A stretch of 64,000 nucleotides of DNA. Source: a virus. Its lineage: Duplodnaviria; Caudoviricetes. Positions 19,393 through 28,439 of this stretch are shown piece by piece. The notes below the pieces were generated by a model, which saw nothing but the letters and a program-made list of their open reading frames with translations, was not told where the DNA came from and did not search any database. Within the stretch, counting starts at the first letter, position 1, and each line of letters opens with the position of its first letter. Both the position numbers and the translations under genes were made by a program. Where the stretch lies: positions 22,733 to 86,732 of the IMG/VR virus record IMGVR_UViG_3300037512_001142; one strand, given 5' to 3'.

Positions 19393-19455
19393 ATACTATT
19401 TATATAAAAAGACCGGATTTTACTCCGGTCTACTATATTATATAAATGTCCAGAA

Positions 19456-20043
19456 TTAGGTCGTAACCATTTCGAAGTTGGAATAACTGAAGGTACAGCT
19501 ACGAGTAACCTTACCGTCCTGTTCGGCGCCGAGGTCAGAAGTAGCGATAGTCTTCGGGAATACACGGTAGAGAACCCACTTGATAGGGAGGAGCTTCTTC
19601 AACGTGGAATCGTAAAGAAGAATTTCAACCGTAGCGGTGTAATCCTTAGCGTAGTTAGACGAAGCACCACCAGTTACACGACCAGCAACATCAATATCGT
19701 TTTCAAAACCCTGGCTGAAAAGCAAGTTAGCCCAGCGGTGCAAGGCAATAGAAACGGACAAATCCTGGAATTCATCGAACTGAACCGTGAATTCACCGGC
19801 GACCGTAGCCTTACCCGGATAGACGAGCTTAGAACCCATGTAATGAGTTTCGATAGTATTGAATTCCTTCTGAGGAATCGTCATAGTCTTTGCACAGAGC
19901 ATGAGCTCTTCAGTGTCAAGAATATCTGAAAGCGCAGAACCTTTTTCATACAAAAAGTTAACCTGGAATAGATATTGCTTAACTAAGTCTGGCTTATTTA
20001 CAATGCTTGTCGTAAAAACCGACATATTATTTTGTCCTGCCAT
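19456..20043 (-). CDS. gp19: tail tube protein
   Basis: YLFQVNF, CAKTMTIPQKEFNTIETHYMGSKLVYPGKAT..GEFTVQFDEFQD and LYRVFPKTI...DL...FSYSNFE; AAGGAG SD. Confidence 0.92.
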   Translation of the reverse strand: MAGQNNMSVFTTSIVNKPDLVKQYLFQVNFLYEKGSALSDILDTEELMLCAKTMTIPQKEFNTIETHYMGSKLVYPGKATVAGEFTVQFDEFQDLSVSIALHRWANLLFSQGFENDIDVAGRVTGGASSNYAKDYTATVEILLYDSTLKKLLPIKWVLYRVFPKTIATSDLGAEQDGKVTRSCTFSYSNFEMVTT

Positions 20044-20236
20044 AAAAATCTCCTTAATTATATAAGCTTTGTATTATTTATAGAATTAAAAAATCTCTTT
20101 ATGGCACGAAAATTTAGAAAAATGCCAAAATTAGCCAAAACTTCCGAAGTTCCTGATATAAATAATATATAGTTTACATAAGTGAGTGAGTGAAATTTCT
20201 ATATTTTTTACATTTTATTAATTTTAGGAGATACCT

Positions 20237-23200
20237 ATGGCAAAATATTCAGTGCCAGGAATTCGTTTTACGGAAATTGACAATACAATCCGTACTGAAT
20301 CCGAACCGGGCCTTGGAATTGGCGCTATCGTCATGAAATCCAACAAGGGTCCTGTCAACCAGCGTATTGTTACCCGTAATTATAATGAATTCGTAGAAGT
20401 CTTCGGTGAACCCGAATCCTTGACCGACTACGGTCACTTCGCAGCCGAAAACTATTTCGCAAATTCCACCCAGCTTTTTGCCGTTCGTGCAACTATGGGT
20501 GATGAACAGTATGCACAGCTTCAGTTTGCATATCCGGACGCCGTAGACGTTAACAAGTCTAGCGACACCGGTGTTTTCAAGTATGTCGACTCTCAGTCCG
20601 ACTACCAGCTCAAGCTCATTCCGAAGCTTAGCACAGTTGATAAGAACATTGAGTCTCTTACTGGCAAGGGCGAATGGCAAGTTCCGACTGGTCTTACCGG
20701 TGATGACCCAAGCGACTCGTTCTATCTTTACAAGGACGCACGCTATGACATATTCAAGGACATTTTCTCTAAGAGTAACGACGTCGTAGTTTATAAGACT
20801 CTCGGTCAAGAACCGAAAAACAACAGCGACATCCCTAAGGGTGAACACGTTAATTACCCGAAGCGTTGGGATAATGATATTGCTGTCGTTGATGAACTTA
20901 TTTTCACAGAAGAAGCATGGAATACGCTTTCTGCTGATAAGGACATGATTACCTATACAACCTCCACCCCAGGTGAAGGCGGTAAGCGTGAAATTATTAT
21001 TACTATTCCTGCTGATAATACCTTGAACAAGAGTGCTACAACCATTCAGTTCTACGGTATGAACTCTGCCGTTAGTGGCTGGGGTACTTCCGGTGTTGCA
21101 TATAATGAAATCTTCACTAAGGAGAATTTCTATGACCCGAATGACCAGCTCGATGATGCTTGGTCTAATCCTACCGCTACTTATCGTGCAACGCAGGCAT
21201 ATAAGATGTCTATCTGTGACTGGGAAGACCCAGATACTCCGAAGACATACTATGTTGACGCCGATTCTATCGATGATGATTATGACCAGAGCTCTGTTTC
21301 CGGCATTGCTTACACTGAATATGGCTACGTTGATGAAACTTATGACATTATCAGTGATTACGTTGTTAAGGAAGTTAGCGATATTCCGGCTGGTCTTCTC
21401 AAGATTGAACCGATTGCTGATATGTACAAAGATACTACCAGCGGTTACGATCCGGTAACTCAGAAGGATAACGTATCTCCTCGTGATATTGTTAACCGTG
21501 TAATGGACGATAACGGTATTACCGATATTTCCGAAATCACCAACTATACATACCTCCGTTATGTAAGTGTTCTTGATAACTTGTCTGTTATCGAACGTAT
21601 CGTTAAGGAAAAGCCGGAAGAATTGACAAAGAAGATTAACACCGACCTCTTCTACCTCATTGCCGATTCTGACAATAATGTGTTCAAGAAGATTCCAGTC
21701 TTCGAATCCGATCAGATTGCTCCGGCAATTAATCCGATTGTTCCTGGCTGGCAGTATGGTCCTGATAATAGCAAGACTGTTGATAGCATTGTTGCTACTC
21801 CGACCTCGTATCTCGTCAACTCTGTTGACAAGACTTACGCCGACGGTTATACAGTTTTGACCCAATCCGAAGATGAACCTGGTAACGGCGATATTGAAAA
21901 GTATGTCAGCCTCCCGGATCAGCTCGTCATTGCTTCTATTGGTCCTGGTAAGTATGGTAACGATGTTGGTATTTCCATCATCACTACCGAATGTGCCAAT
22001 ATTAAGGCTCTCCAGCATCAGAATGCTTTCAACTGGAAGTATGCGTATGATGACGAAGACCTCGTTAACAAGGACACTACCGGTATCGACCAGAACCCGC
22101 AGGATTTGACTTGGAAGAAGGTCTTCCGTATTAACGTTTATGTAAAGAACAAGACCCAGACCGCCGCTGGCGCATGGGGAACCGGTATGGATGCTCTCTT
22201 GAAGGATCCTGCTGAATCTTGGTTCGTTTCGACTGACCCGCTTGCTAAGGACGCTGACGGTAATCCGCTCTTCGCTCCGACTGTAATTAACGGTCACTCC
22301 GATTACATCTACATTTCTCGTAATTCTACAAATGCAGCTCTTGACTGTAAGGGTAACTACTTGCAGCCTAAGCAGACCTACTCTGTTTACGCTCTTGAAG
22401 GTGGTCGCAACTCTCAGAAGAACAACATCTCTGAAAAGACCGCGGCTCTCAACTTCTACCGTGACCGTCAGAAGGCTAATTTCGACATCTTGTTCAACGT
22501 AGACGCTATTGATACATTCAATGGTCGTCAGCGCTACAACGCTCACCAGCGCAAGATTGCTGAAATTGCTGCAAACCGTACTATGGATATTGGTGTTGTT
22601 CAGGTTACTTCCAAGGCTGCAAAGACTTGTAAGGCCATGATTTCCGAAGCTAAGATGTTTACATTCGCTAATGGTTCGTATATCGCTGAATACGGTGGTT
22701 ACGATAAGTATTACAATGCTACTCTTGCTGCATGGATTTACTTGCCGAAGTCTGTCGCTGGTGCATGCGCAATGGCTCACTGCGATACTTTCGATTATCC
22801 TTGGATGGCCCCTGCTGGTGTTGCACGTGGTACAATCCCGTACACAACCGGTCAGTTGCTCCGCTTGAGCGATAACGAAATCGGTCAGCTCTACGATAAT
22901 AACGTCAATACAACCCGTGACTGTGGTGGTTATGGTGTCGTTCTCTGGGGTCAGAAAACTGCTCTCAAGAAGAACAGTCTCCTCAACCGTATCAATGTCC
23001 GTCGTTGCTTGAACTACATCGAAAAGCAGCTCGAGAACATGATGACGCCTTACCTCTTCATGCAGAACTCTGTTAATACTCGTTCGTCCGCACGTAATGA
23101 CATTGACTCGTTCTTGCAGCGTGTTAAGGCAGCGGAAGGTATCGAATCTTACGCCTTGAGCGTCACTCAGGATCCTGAGGACCCGACAATCATGAACGTA

Positions 23201-23293
23201 AATATTCGTCTCGTACCTATCAGTGCAATCGAATTCATTGATGTTAAGATTATCATTAACCGTAGCAGTGGTGTCACAGTCGCTGAAGGTTAA
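20237..23293 (+). CDS. gp18: tail sheath protein with a large inserted domain
   Basis: YSVPGIRFTEIDNT, KGPVNQRIV, YFANSTQLFAVR, PWMAPAGVARG and LWGQKTALKKNSLLNRINVRRCLNYIEK are sheath motifs. At 1018 aa it is longer than T4 gp18. Confidence 0.97.
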   Translation: MAKYSVPGIRFTEIDNTIRTESEPGLGIGAIVMKSNKGPVNQRIVTRNYNEFVEVFGEPESLTDYGHFAAENYFANSTQLFAVRATMGDEQYAQLQFAYPDAVDVNKSSDTGVFKYVDSQSDYQLKLIPKLSTVDKNIESLTGKGEWQVPTGLTGDDPSDSFYLYKDARYDIFKDIFSKSNDVVVYKTLGQEPKNNSDIPKGEHVNYPKRWDNDIAVVDELIFTEEAWNTLSADKDMITYTTSTPGEGGKREIIITIPADNTLNKSATTIQFYGMNSAVSGWGTSGVAYNEIFTKENFYDPNDQLDDAWSNPTATYRATQAYKMSICDWEDPDTPKTYYVDADSIDDDYDQSSVSGIAYTEYGYVDETYDIISDYVVKEVSDIPAGLLKIEPIADMYKDTTSGYDPVTQKDNVSPRDIVNRVMDDNGITDISEITNYTYLRYVSVLDNLSVIERIVKEKPEELTKKINTDLFYLIADSDNNVFKKIPVFESDQIAPAINPIVPGWQYGPDNSKTVDSIVATPTSYLVNSVDKTYADGYTVLTQSEDEPGNGDIEKYVSLPDQLVIASIGPGKYGNDVGISIITTECANIKALQHQNAFNWKYAYDDEDLVNKDTTGIDQNPQDLTWKKVFRINVYVKNKTQTAAGAWGTGMDALLKDPAESWFVSTDPLAKDADGNPLFAPTVINGHSDYIYISRNSTNAALDCKGNYLQPKQTYSVYALEGGRNSQKNNISEKTAALNFYRDRQKANFDILFNVDAIDTFNGRQRYNAHQRKIAEIAANRTMDIGVVQVTSKAAKTCKAMISEAKMFTFANGSYIAEYGGYDKYYNATLAAWIYLPKSVAGACAMAHCDTFDYPWMAPAGVARGTIPYTTGQLLRLSDNEIGQLYDNNVNTTRDCGGYGVVLWGQKTALKKNSLLNRINVRRCLNYIEKQLENMMTPYLFMQNSVNTRSSARNDIDSFLQRVKAAEGIESYALSVTQDPEDPTIMNVNIRLVPISAIEFIDVKIIINRSSGVTVAEG

Positions 23294-23315
23294 TTCTTAA
23301 GCAAAACCTTATAAT

Positions 23316-23345
23316 AAATCACCTATCGCAAGATAGGTGATTTTC
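23316..23345 (+). terminator. terminator after the sheath gene
   Basis: AAATCACCTATC-GCAA-GATAGGTGATTTTT (GNRA loop). Confidence 0.85.
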
Positions 23346-23364
23346 TTTATGATATAAATATAAC

Positions 23365-26304
23365 ATGGATTATAAATTATCGGAAAATATTGAAATGAGT
23401 GCCTATGAGGCAACGCTCACCTTCGACGAAAACGTTAACCAGTATGCGAATTCTGAAAACTTTGAAGTCAGATTATATGACCTCTATACGAATACAACCC
23501 GTACAATAAACTATAATGAATTTCCTGGTTATGGTATTACAAATACCGATAGCGACTTGGCAAACCGTGCGAAGAAGAGCTTTTATGACCATAATGGCCT
23601 TTTGATGTATTTCGATGGACCAAACAAGTTTTATTTCAAACAGTTATTGCTTTCCAAGAGTCCAGAAAATGCCGTGGTCGGTTTCCATAGTTCTGAAATA
23701 ACAATTTATTTTTCCGATGATAAGGTTGTTACATTTAATTCCATTCTTCTCCCAAAGATTGTAAGAAACGAAAAGATTGTTCAGGTTGATTCAAGCTTGC
23801 CGGATCCTGTTTTGTCTGCTTCTAACTTAAGACAGGAATTCGATTATAATAAACCCGTTGACCCAGATTATCTAAATCGTGTTGTCGCCGATTATGACCC
23901 GGGTGATACTAACGGTATTTACGTCAATACTTTCAATAACGATACCAATGTTCCTTGTTATTACAGTCAATTATCTGCATTTACAGATACTGTTTTTACA
24001 GAATATGACCCGATAGAACTTTCCGAGCCTGAATCGTATATTTACGATGAGACCACGAACGAAAAATATGACATATATTATACTTCTGGTCAAGATTCGC
24101 CGAAGACATCAGTATTTGAATTTGCTGATGGCTATAATACTGAACTTGTTTATTATGAATTCAATCAATATCTTTCTGCAGATGACGGAAAGCTCCATAA
24201 GAATAAGCTCGTATTTAATTTGAATGTCAATGGTGTTCCTGCTCCTGAAATTTTGGAACCGTTACAAATTGAAATTATATCTAATCCAGATAGTGGTATT
24301 CTTAGTAAATCCAATAATACTGGTACAATGCATGTTATAGTATATAATCCAAATATTAACTATCGCGACACCGCACCAAATATAGTTATTACTGGTAATC
24401 CAACAACAGTATCTGAATATGAATATGATAAAGATACTGGTTATCTTGAATTTGATATGACAGTATCTTTTGGCGACGTTAAGTCCGATGAAATAGATAG
24501 TAATTATTTCTTAAATAGAACCATTACTATCATGGTTACTGCATCACTAGATGATGATATTGTCGAACCAGTAAGTGCTCAAAAAATCTGGAGATATAAG
24601 AAAACGCCGTTAAATAAGTTAGATATTAAAATAACCGACTTTCAACCACCTACTGGTATTCTAACAAATCAACAAACTGGTAGTATTAAATTTAAAATCA
24701 CAAATTCAAATAGCGATTTTATTATTACTGAAGATAATACGAAAATTGAACTTCATGATACTCTTGGTATTCATGATGACGAAGAAATTACCGTAAATAT
24801 CGACGATTCAACAGAAAATACAATAATTGTTGAATATGGAAATATATCTATTTTAGTTGGTGATGATTTAACCTTACATCTTGAAGCTGGCATTTATGAT
24901 ACAAATGATGACTGGGACGCAACCGAGGTTAAAGAACAAACTTGGGCAGAATCCGATTCACGTAAATATACAAAACGAACTATAAATTTACAGCCATTAA
25001 AAATTACTTATTCTGACTATGAATCTAATGAACCGCCAGCATACGAAGATGGCGTTCACTGGTTAACAAATGACCGTGACGATTCTGATTATCCACAAAT
25101 TGGATATGTATTAGTAACTATCTATAATCCAAACGAAGATTATAGAGATTCAGATAAAATTCTATGTAGTTTAACTAATGTACCTAGAAATGCAGCCTAT
25201 CAATTTAGTGATAGTAGTTATTCTTCTAATGGTAAATGTTATTTCACAATAAATGGTGTTGAATTAACACGTACTTTTAGTGCAACTTCTGCTACTACTA
25301 ATGCCTATTTAACTTATGATTTTTCGGAATATGGTTATGATGAATCACAAGTTAGACTTGATACTGAAATAACGAAAGATTCTGAACTATGGAAATATAA
25401 AGTAATTAAGCCGGATATTTATCCATATGATGACTTTGCACGATTCAGCTTATATTGTCTTTCCGATCTTACATTAAATGGTGGTAAAATTGGAAGTAAG
25501 GATATTGCATGTAAAAACTTGACCGTTGAAAACCAAGCAAATGTTTATTCAGATGTATATGTTGCCAGCGGATGTTCTGTTACTTGTAATGCAACAAATA
25601 CATTCCATGGTACATTACATACACAGAATCTTTACGTTAATAACCCTAACCATTTTGAAGATGCGGTTTATATCAGTGAAAATTTAATTGCTGGTGGTGG
25701 TCCAACTACGATTCCATCTGCATATATTGCCGACGGATGTCATGTTGAATTAAATAACGGTTCTATAATTGAAAATCGTTATGAATGGTCTAATCCAACA
25801 TTCCCAACATTATCTGGAATACCTACGGAACCTGTAATTGTCGGTACAGAAGATGTTTATGGTGCTAGACAATTTGGTATTAACGGTGCATACACTGCAG
25901 AAAGCTACAGAAATTTAAATGTTGGTAATAATGTGGTACTTACATTCTATCCTGGTAAATATTACTTTGATAGTATTAACCTTGGTGTTGATTGTACTTT
26001 CGATATTCATAATGATGAATCTACAGAAACCGAAGATAAATCCGTTATGATTTATACGAATAACTTCCAAGCCGGTGACAGATTTAAAATGAATCAAGAT
26101 AGCAATGGTCCATTCGACTTCCGACTTTATTATGGCGGTATTGCGACTGCATCCATTGGTACTCAAGGTTATTCAATGGCTGGAACCATTATCGCACCGA
26201 GTGGAACAGTCAGATTCAATAACTTCTTTACATGGGTTGGTCATGTATGGGCCAAGGAAGTTTATCTGGCAAACGGTGCCTCAATCGATAACAACAATAC
26301 ATAA
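23365..26304 (+). CDS. large virion-associated protein with repeated Ig-like-looking modules and a C-terminal beta-solenoid (adhesin-like)
   Basis: Internal repeats (IVYNPNINYRD / TIYNPNEDYRD; KIWRYK / ELWKYK). The C-terminal PGKYYFDSINL...GTIIAPSGTVRF...WVGHVWAKEVYL resembles choice-of-anchor-A / ice-binding-like solenoids. Confidence 0.55.
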   Translation: MDYKLSENIEMSAYEATLTFDENVNQYANSENFEVRLYDLYTNTTRTINYNEFPGYGITNTDSDLANRAKKSFYDHNGLLMYFDGPNKFYFKQLLLSKSPENAVVGFHSSEITIYFSDDKVVTFNSILLPKIVRNEKIVQVDSSLPDPVLSASNLRQEFDYNKPVDPDYLNRVVADYDPGDTNGIYVNTFNNDTNVPCYYSQLSAFTDTVFTEYDPIELSEPESYIYDETTNEKYDIYYTSGQDSPKTSVFEFADGYNTELVYYEFNQYLSADDGKLHKNKLVFNLNVNGVPAPEILEPLQIEIISNPDSGILSKSNNTGTMHVIVYNPNINYRDTAPNIVITGNPTTVSEYEYDKDTGYLEFDMTVSFGDVKSDEIDSNYFLNRTITIMVTASLDDDIVEPVSAQKIWRYKKTPLNKLDIKITDFQPPTGILTNQQTGSIKFKITNSNSDFIITEDNTKIELHDTLGIHDDEEITVNIDDSTENTIIVEYGNISILVGDDLTLHLEAGIYDTNDDWDATEVKEQTWAESDSRKYTKRTINLQPLKITYSDYESNEPPAYEDGVHWLTNDRDDSDYPQIGYVLVTIYNPNEDYRDSDKILCSLTNVPRNAAYQFSDSSYSSNGKCYFTINGVELTRTFSATSATTNAYLTYDFSEYGYDESQVRLDTEITKDSELWKYKVIKPDIYPYDDFARFSLYCLSDLTLNGGKIGSKDIACKNLTVENQANVYSDVYVASGCSVTCNATNTFHGTLHTQNLYVNNPNHFEDAVYISENLIAGGGPTTIPSAYIADGCHVELNNGSIIENRYEWSNPTFPTLSGIPTEPVIVGTEDVYGARQFGINGAYTAESYRNLNVGNNVVLTFYPGKYYFDSINLGVDCTFDIHNDESTETEDKSVMIYTNNFQAGDRFKMNQDSNGPFDFRLYYGGIATASIGTQGYSMAGTIIAPSGTVRFNNFFTWVGHVWAKEVYLANGASIDNNNT

Positions 26305-26305
26305 A

Positions 26306-26335
26306 AATAAAACCTGGTCAAAAGACCAGGTTTTT
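26306..26335. terminator. bidirectional terminator
   Basis: AAAACCTGGTC-AAAA-GACCAGGTTTTT. Confidence 0.85.
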
Positions 26336-26353
26336 ATTAAGGTTAAACTTTAA

Positions 26354-26740
26354 TTAACCTTGTCCCATTGGAGGAATACAGTTTCCAGGCATGCAACCAG
26401 GGCCCAAACAGCTTCCGACCTGAGTATCAGGACAAACCTTCCAAGGAGTCTCGAGAACGTGTGTATGTCCATCGCCACAAGGCTGAACCACGCCGTTAAG
26501 AATCAAGTGGGTATGTCCGCCAACCTTCGTAATCGGAGTCGGAGCATTAAGGTTAGCCGGTTCGCATATTGCATCAGATGTCCAGCCATAGCCGAATTCG
26601 TTCCAAATCAAGAATTCGTGATGGTGCGGACCCATAACATCTGTACCTGAGAAAGTATCGGTACGTCCAACCTGGGACGTATTCTCGTTAAGGGCAAGCT
26701 TAACTTCGTCATTAACGTATTCTGAAAAATTTTTCTTCAT
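26354..26740 (-). CDS. small His/Cys-rich late protein
   Basis: GPHHHEF, GGHTHLI and DGHTHVL motifs; AGAGG SD and an upstream TATAAATA. Confidence 0.65.
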   Translation of the reverse strand: MKKNFSEYVNDEVKLALNENTSQVGRTDTFSGTDVMGPHHHEFLIWNEFGYGWTSDAICEPANLNAPTPITKVGGHTHLILNGVVQPCGDGHTHVLETPWKVCPDTQVGSCLGPGCMPGNCIPPMGQG

Positions 26741-26768
26741 TTAAAACCTCTATATCTATTTATAATTT

Positions 26769-28388
26769 TTAGAATCCAAGGTCATCTCCGCCACCGGCTT
26801 CATCACCCTTATCACCGCCTTCAGCAGCGACAGCTTCAGCCTGTTCCTGCATCTGGCGAACTTCATTATCCAACATCTTGCTGTTGAGAAGAATTTCCTG
26901 AGTAGACATACCAAGAATCTTTTCCATGAAGAACTGCTTGGAGAAGAGAGGACCAAGTTCGTCAGTACCCTTAATATTTGTCGGAGTCGGCAAGAACTGA
27001 GAAAGGGTGTTAACGACACCGCCACGCTTTTCAGCCATGGCCAAATCACGCATACGCTCGAAGTCAGTTGCCGGATTCAAATCAATATTGTAAAGGGCCT
27101 TATCCAAGAACTTAGAAGGATAATTACGAACTTTCAAATGAACAAGGAAGACCTGAAGAATAATATCCGAGAATCTCTTACGGAGTCTGCGGTTCATACG
27201 CTGGAATGCAACTTCTTCAAGGTTAGAACCTTCAACACCCTGGTTATATGCAGCCTGACCAACTTCTTCAGCCTTCCAACGAGCCTGAGGAATTACGAGA
27301 GCGTCCATAACCATCTTCTGGAACATGTAGACGTCTTCGAGCTGGCCAGCGAATGTAGCACCGGAAGCAAACGGTTCAACAGTCGTACTATTACCAGAGT
27401 CATCCTTTGCGAAGAAGAAGTCTTCAGTCATAGCCTGAGTATTCTTCGTGGAGTTAATCATACCGGTATGGTTATCGATTGTCAAATTCTTACGGTACTT
27501 TGCGCGGATTTCCTGCACATAAGCTGCAGCCTTGTCAGGAGGCATACGGCCTGCATAAATGTTAAAGATACGCTTTTCAGTTGCACGTGTAATACGATAA
27601 ACAGTCAAGGCGTCTTCAATATTCCTCAACTGGTTCAACGGGCGAATTGCAGGTTCCAAGTGTCCGCGAATATCGTTACGGTTCGACCATGGCTCACCGT
27701 AGTTTACGTATGCAATCTGGTTCGGGAGGAACTTCTTGATTTCATCGTTCTTTTCTTGCTGACGGTTCAAGAAGTTGATATTCTGAATGAATCCGTTAAT
27801 ATTGTCGGAATCACGGTCATAAATGGTGAGCATTGCCTGTGGGGCAAGCTGAACAATACCTGCAACCTTGTTGCCAGCATCGTTAAGGCAGATTTCCCAG
27901 AAAAGCTCAGCATCGATAAGCCACTTCTTGTAGTAGTTCCAGATGTTTTCCTTACCGATAACACATTCGACAATATAATCAAATTCCATCTTCAAGGCAC
28001 TGAACTCAGTGTCAGTGAATGCGGACTTGAACGGCTCTGCAAGGTCGAATTTCGTAACGTTACCGTAGGAATCCGGACAAACGGCTTCATCGCTCATAAT
28101 ATTAAGACCCTTCTTAATCAAAGGGTACAATGCCATGGAACGATACCAGCTAATCTTCTGCCACTTGTTGGTGAAAAGGGTTTCAAATACAATATTGTTG
28201 GAGTCGTAAGGAGTTGCCGGGTCATAATATCCGTTATTATATCCATTAACTAAACGGTCCCATTCTATGGTATCTTCACCACGACCATAAGAGTTTCGGG
28301 CCGCTTCAACTGAACGAATTTCATCATTCGACGGCTTCAGTTTTAAGAATTCATCGCTAAAAGGGTTAATAAATTGTAGATTGAACAT
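26769..28388 (-). CDS. gp20: portal protein
   Basis: AIRPLNQLRNIEDALTVYRITRATEKRIFNIYAGRMP, MTEDFFFAK and IDLNPATDFERMRD are gp20 motifs. Confidence 0.97.
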   Translation of the reverse strand: MFNLQFINPFSDEFLKLKPSNDEIRSVEAARNSYGRGEDTIEWDRLVNGYNNGYYDPATPYDSNNIVFETLFTNKWQKISWYRSMALYPLIKKGLNIMSDEAVCPDSYGNVTKFDLAEPFKSAFTDTEFSALKMEFDYIVECVIGKENIWNYYKKWLIDAELFWEICLNDAGNKVAGIVQLAPQAMLTIYDRDSDNINGFIQNINFLNRQQEKNDEIKKFLPNQIAYVNYGEPWSNRNDIRGHLEPAIRPLNQLRNIEDALTVYRITRATEKRIFNIYAGRMPPDKAAAYVQEIRAKYRKNLTIDNHTGMINSTKNTQAMTEDFFFAKDDSGNSTTVEPFASGATFAGQLEDVYMFQKMVMDALVIPQARWKAEEVGQAAYNQGVEGSNLEEVAFQRMNRRLRKRFSDIILQVFLVHLKVRNYPSKFLDKALYNIDLNPATDFERMRDLAMAEKRGGVVNTLSQFLPTPTNIKGTDELGPLFSKQFFMEKILGMSTQEILLNSKMLDNEVRQMQEQAEAVAAEGGDKGDEAGGGDDLGF

Positions 28389-28439
28389 AGTTTTCCTTAT
28401 CTTATAATCTCTATTATTTATAAAAAGACAAAGGCCTTA

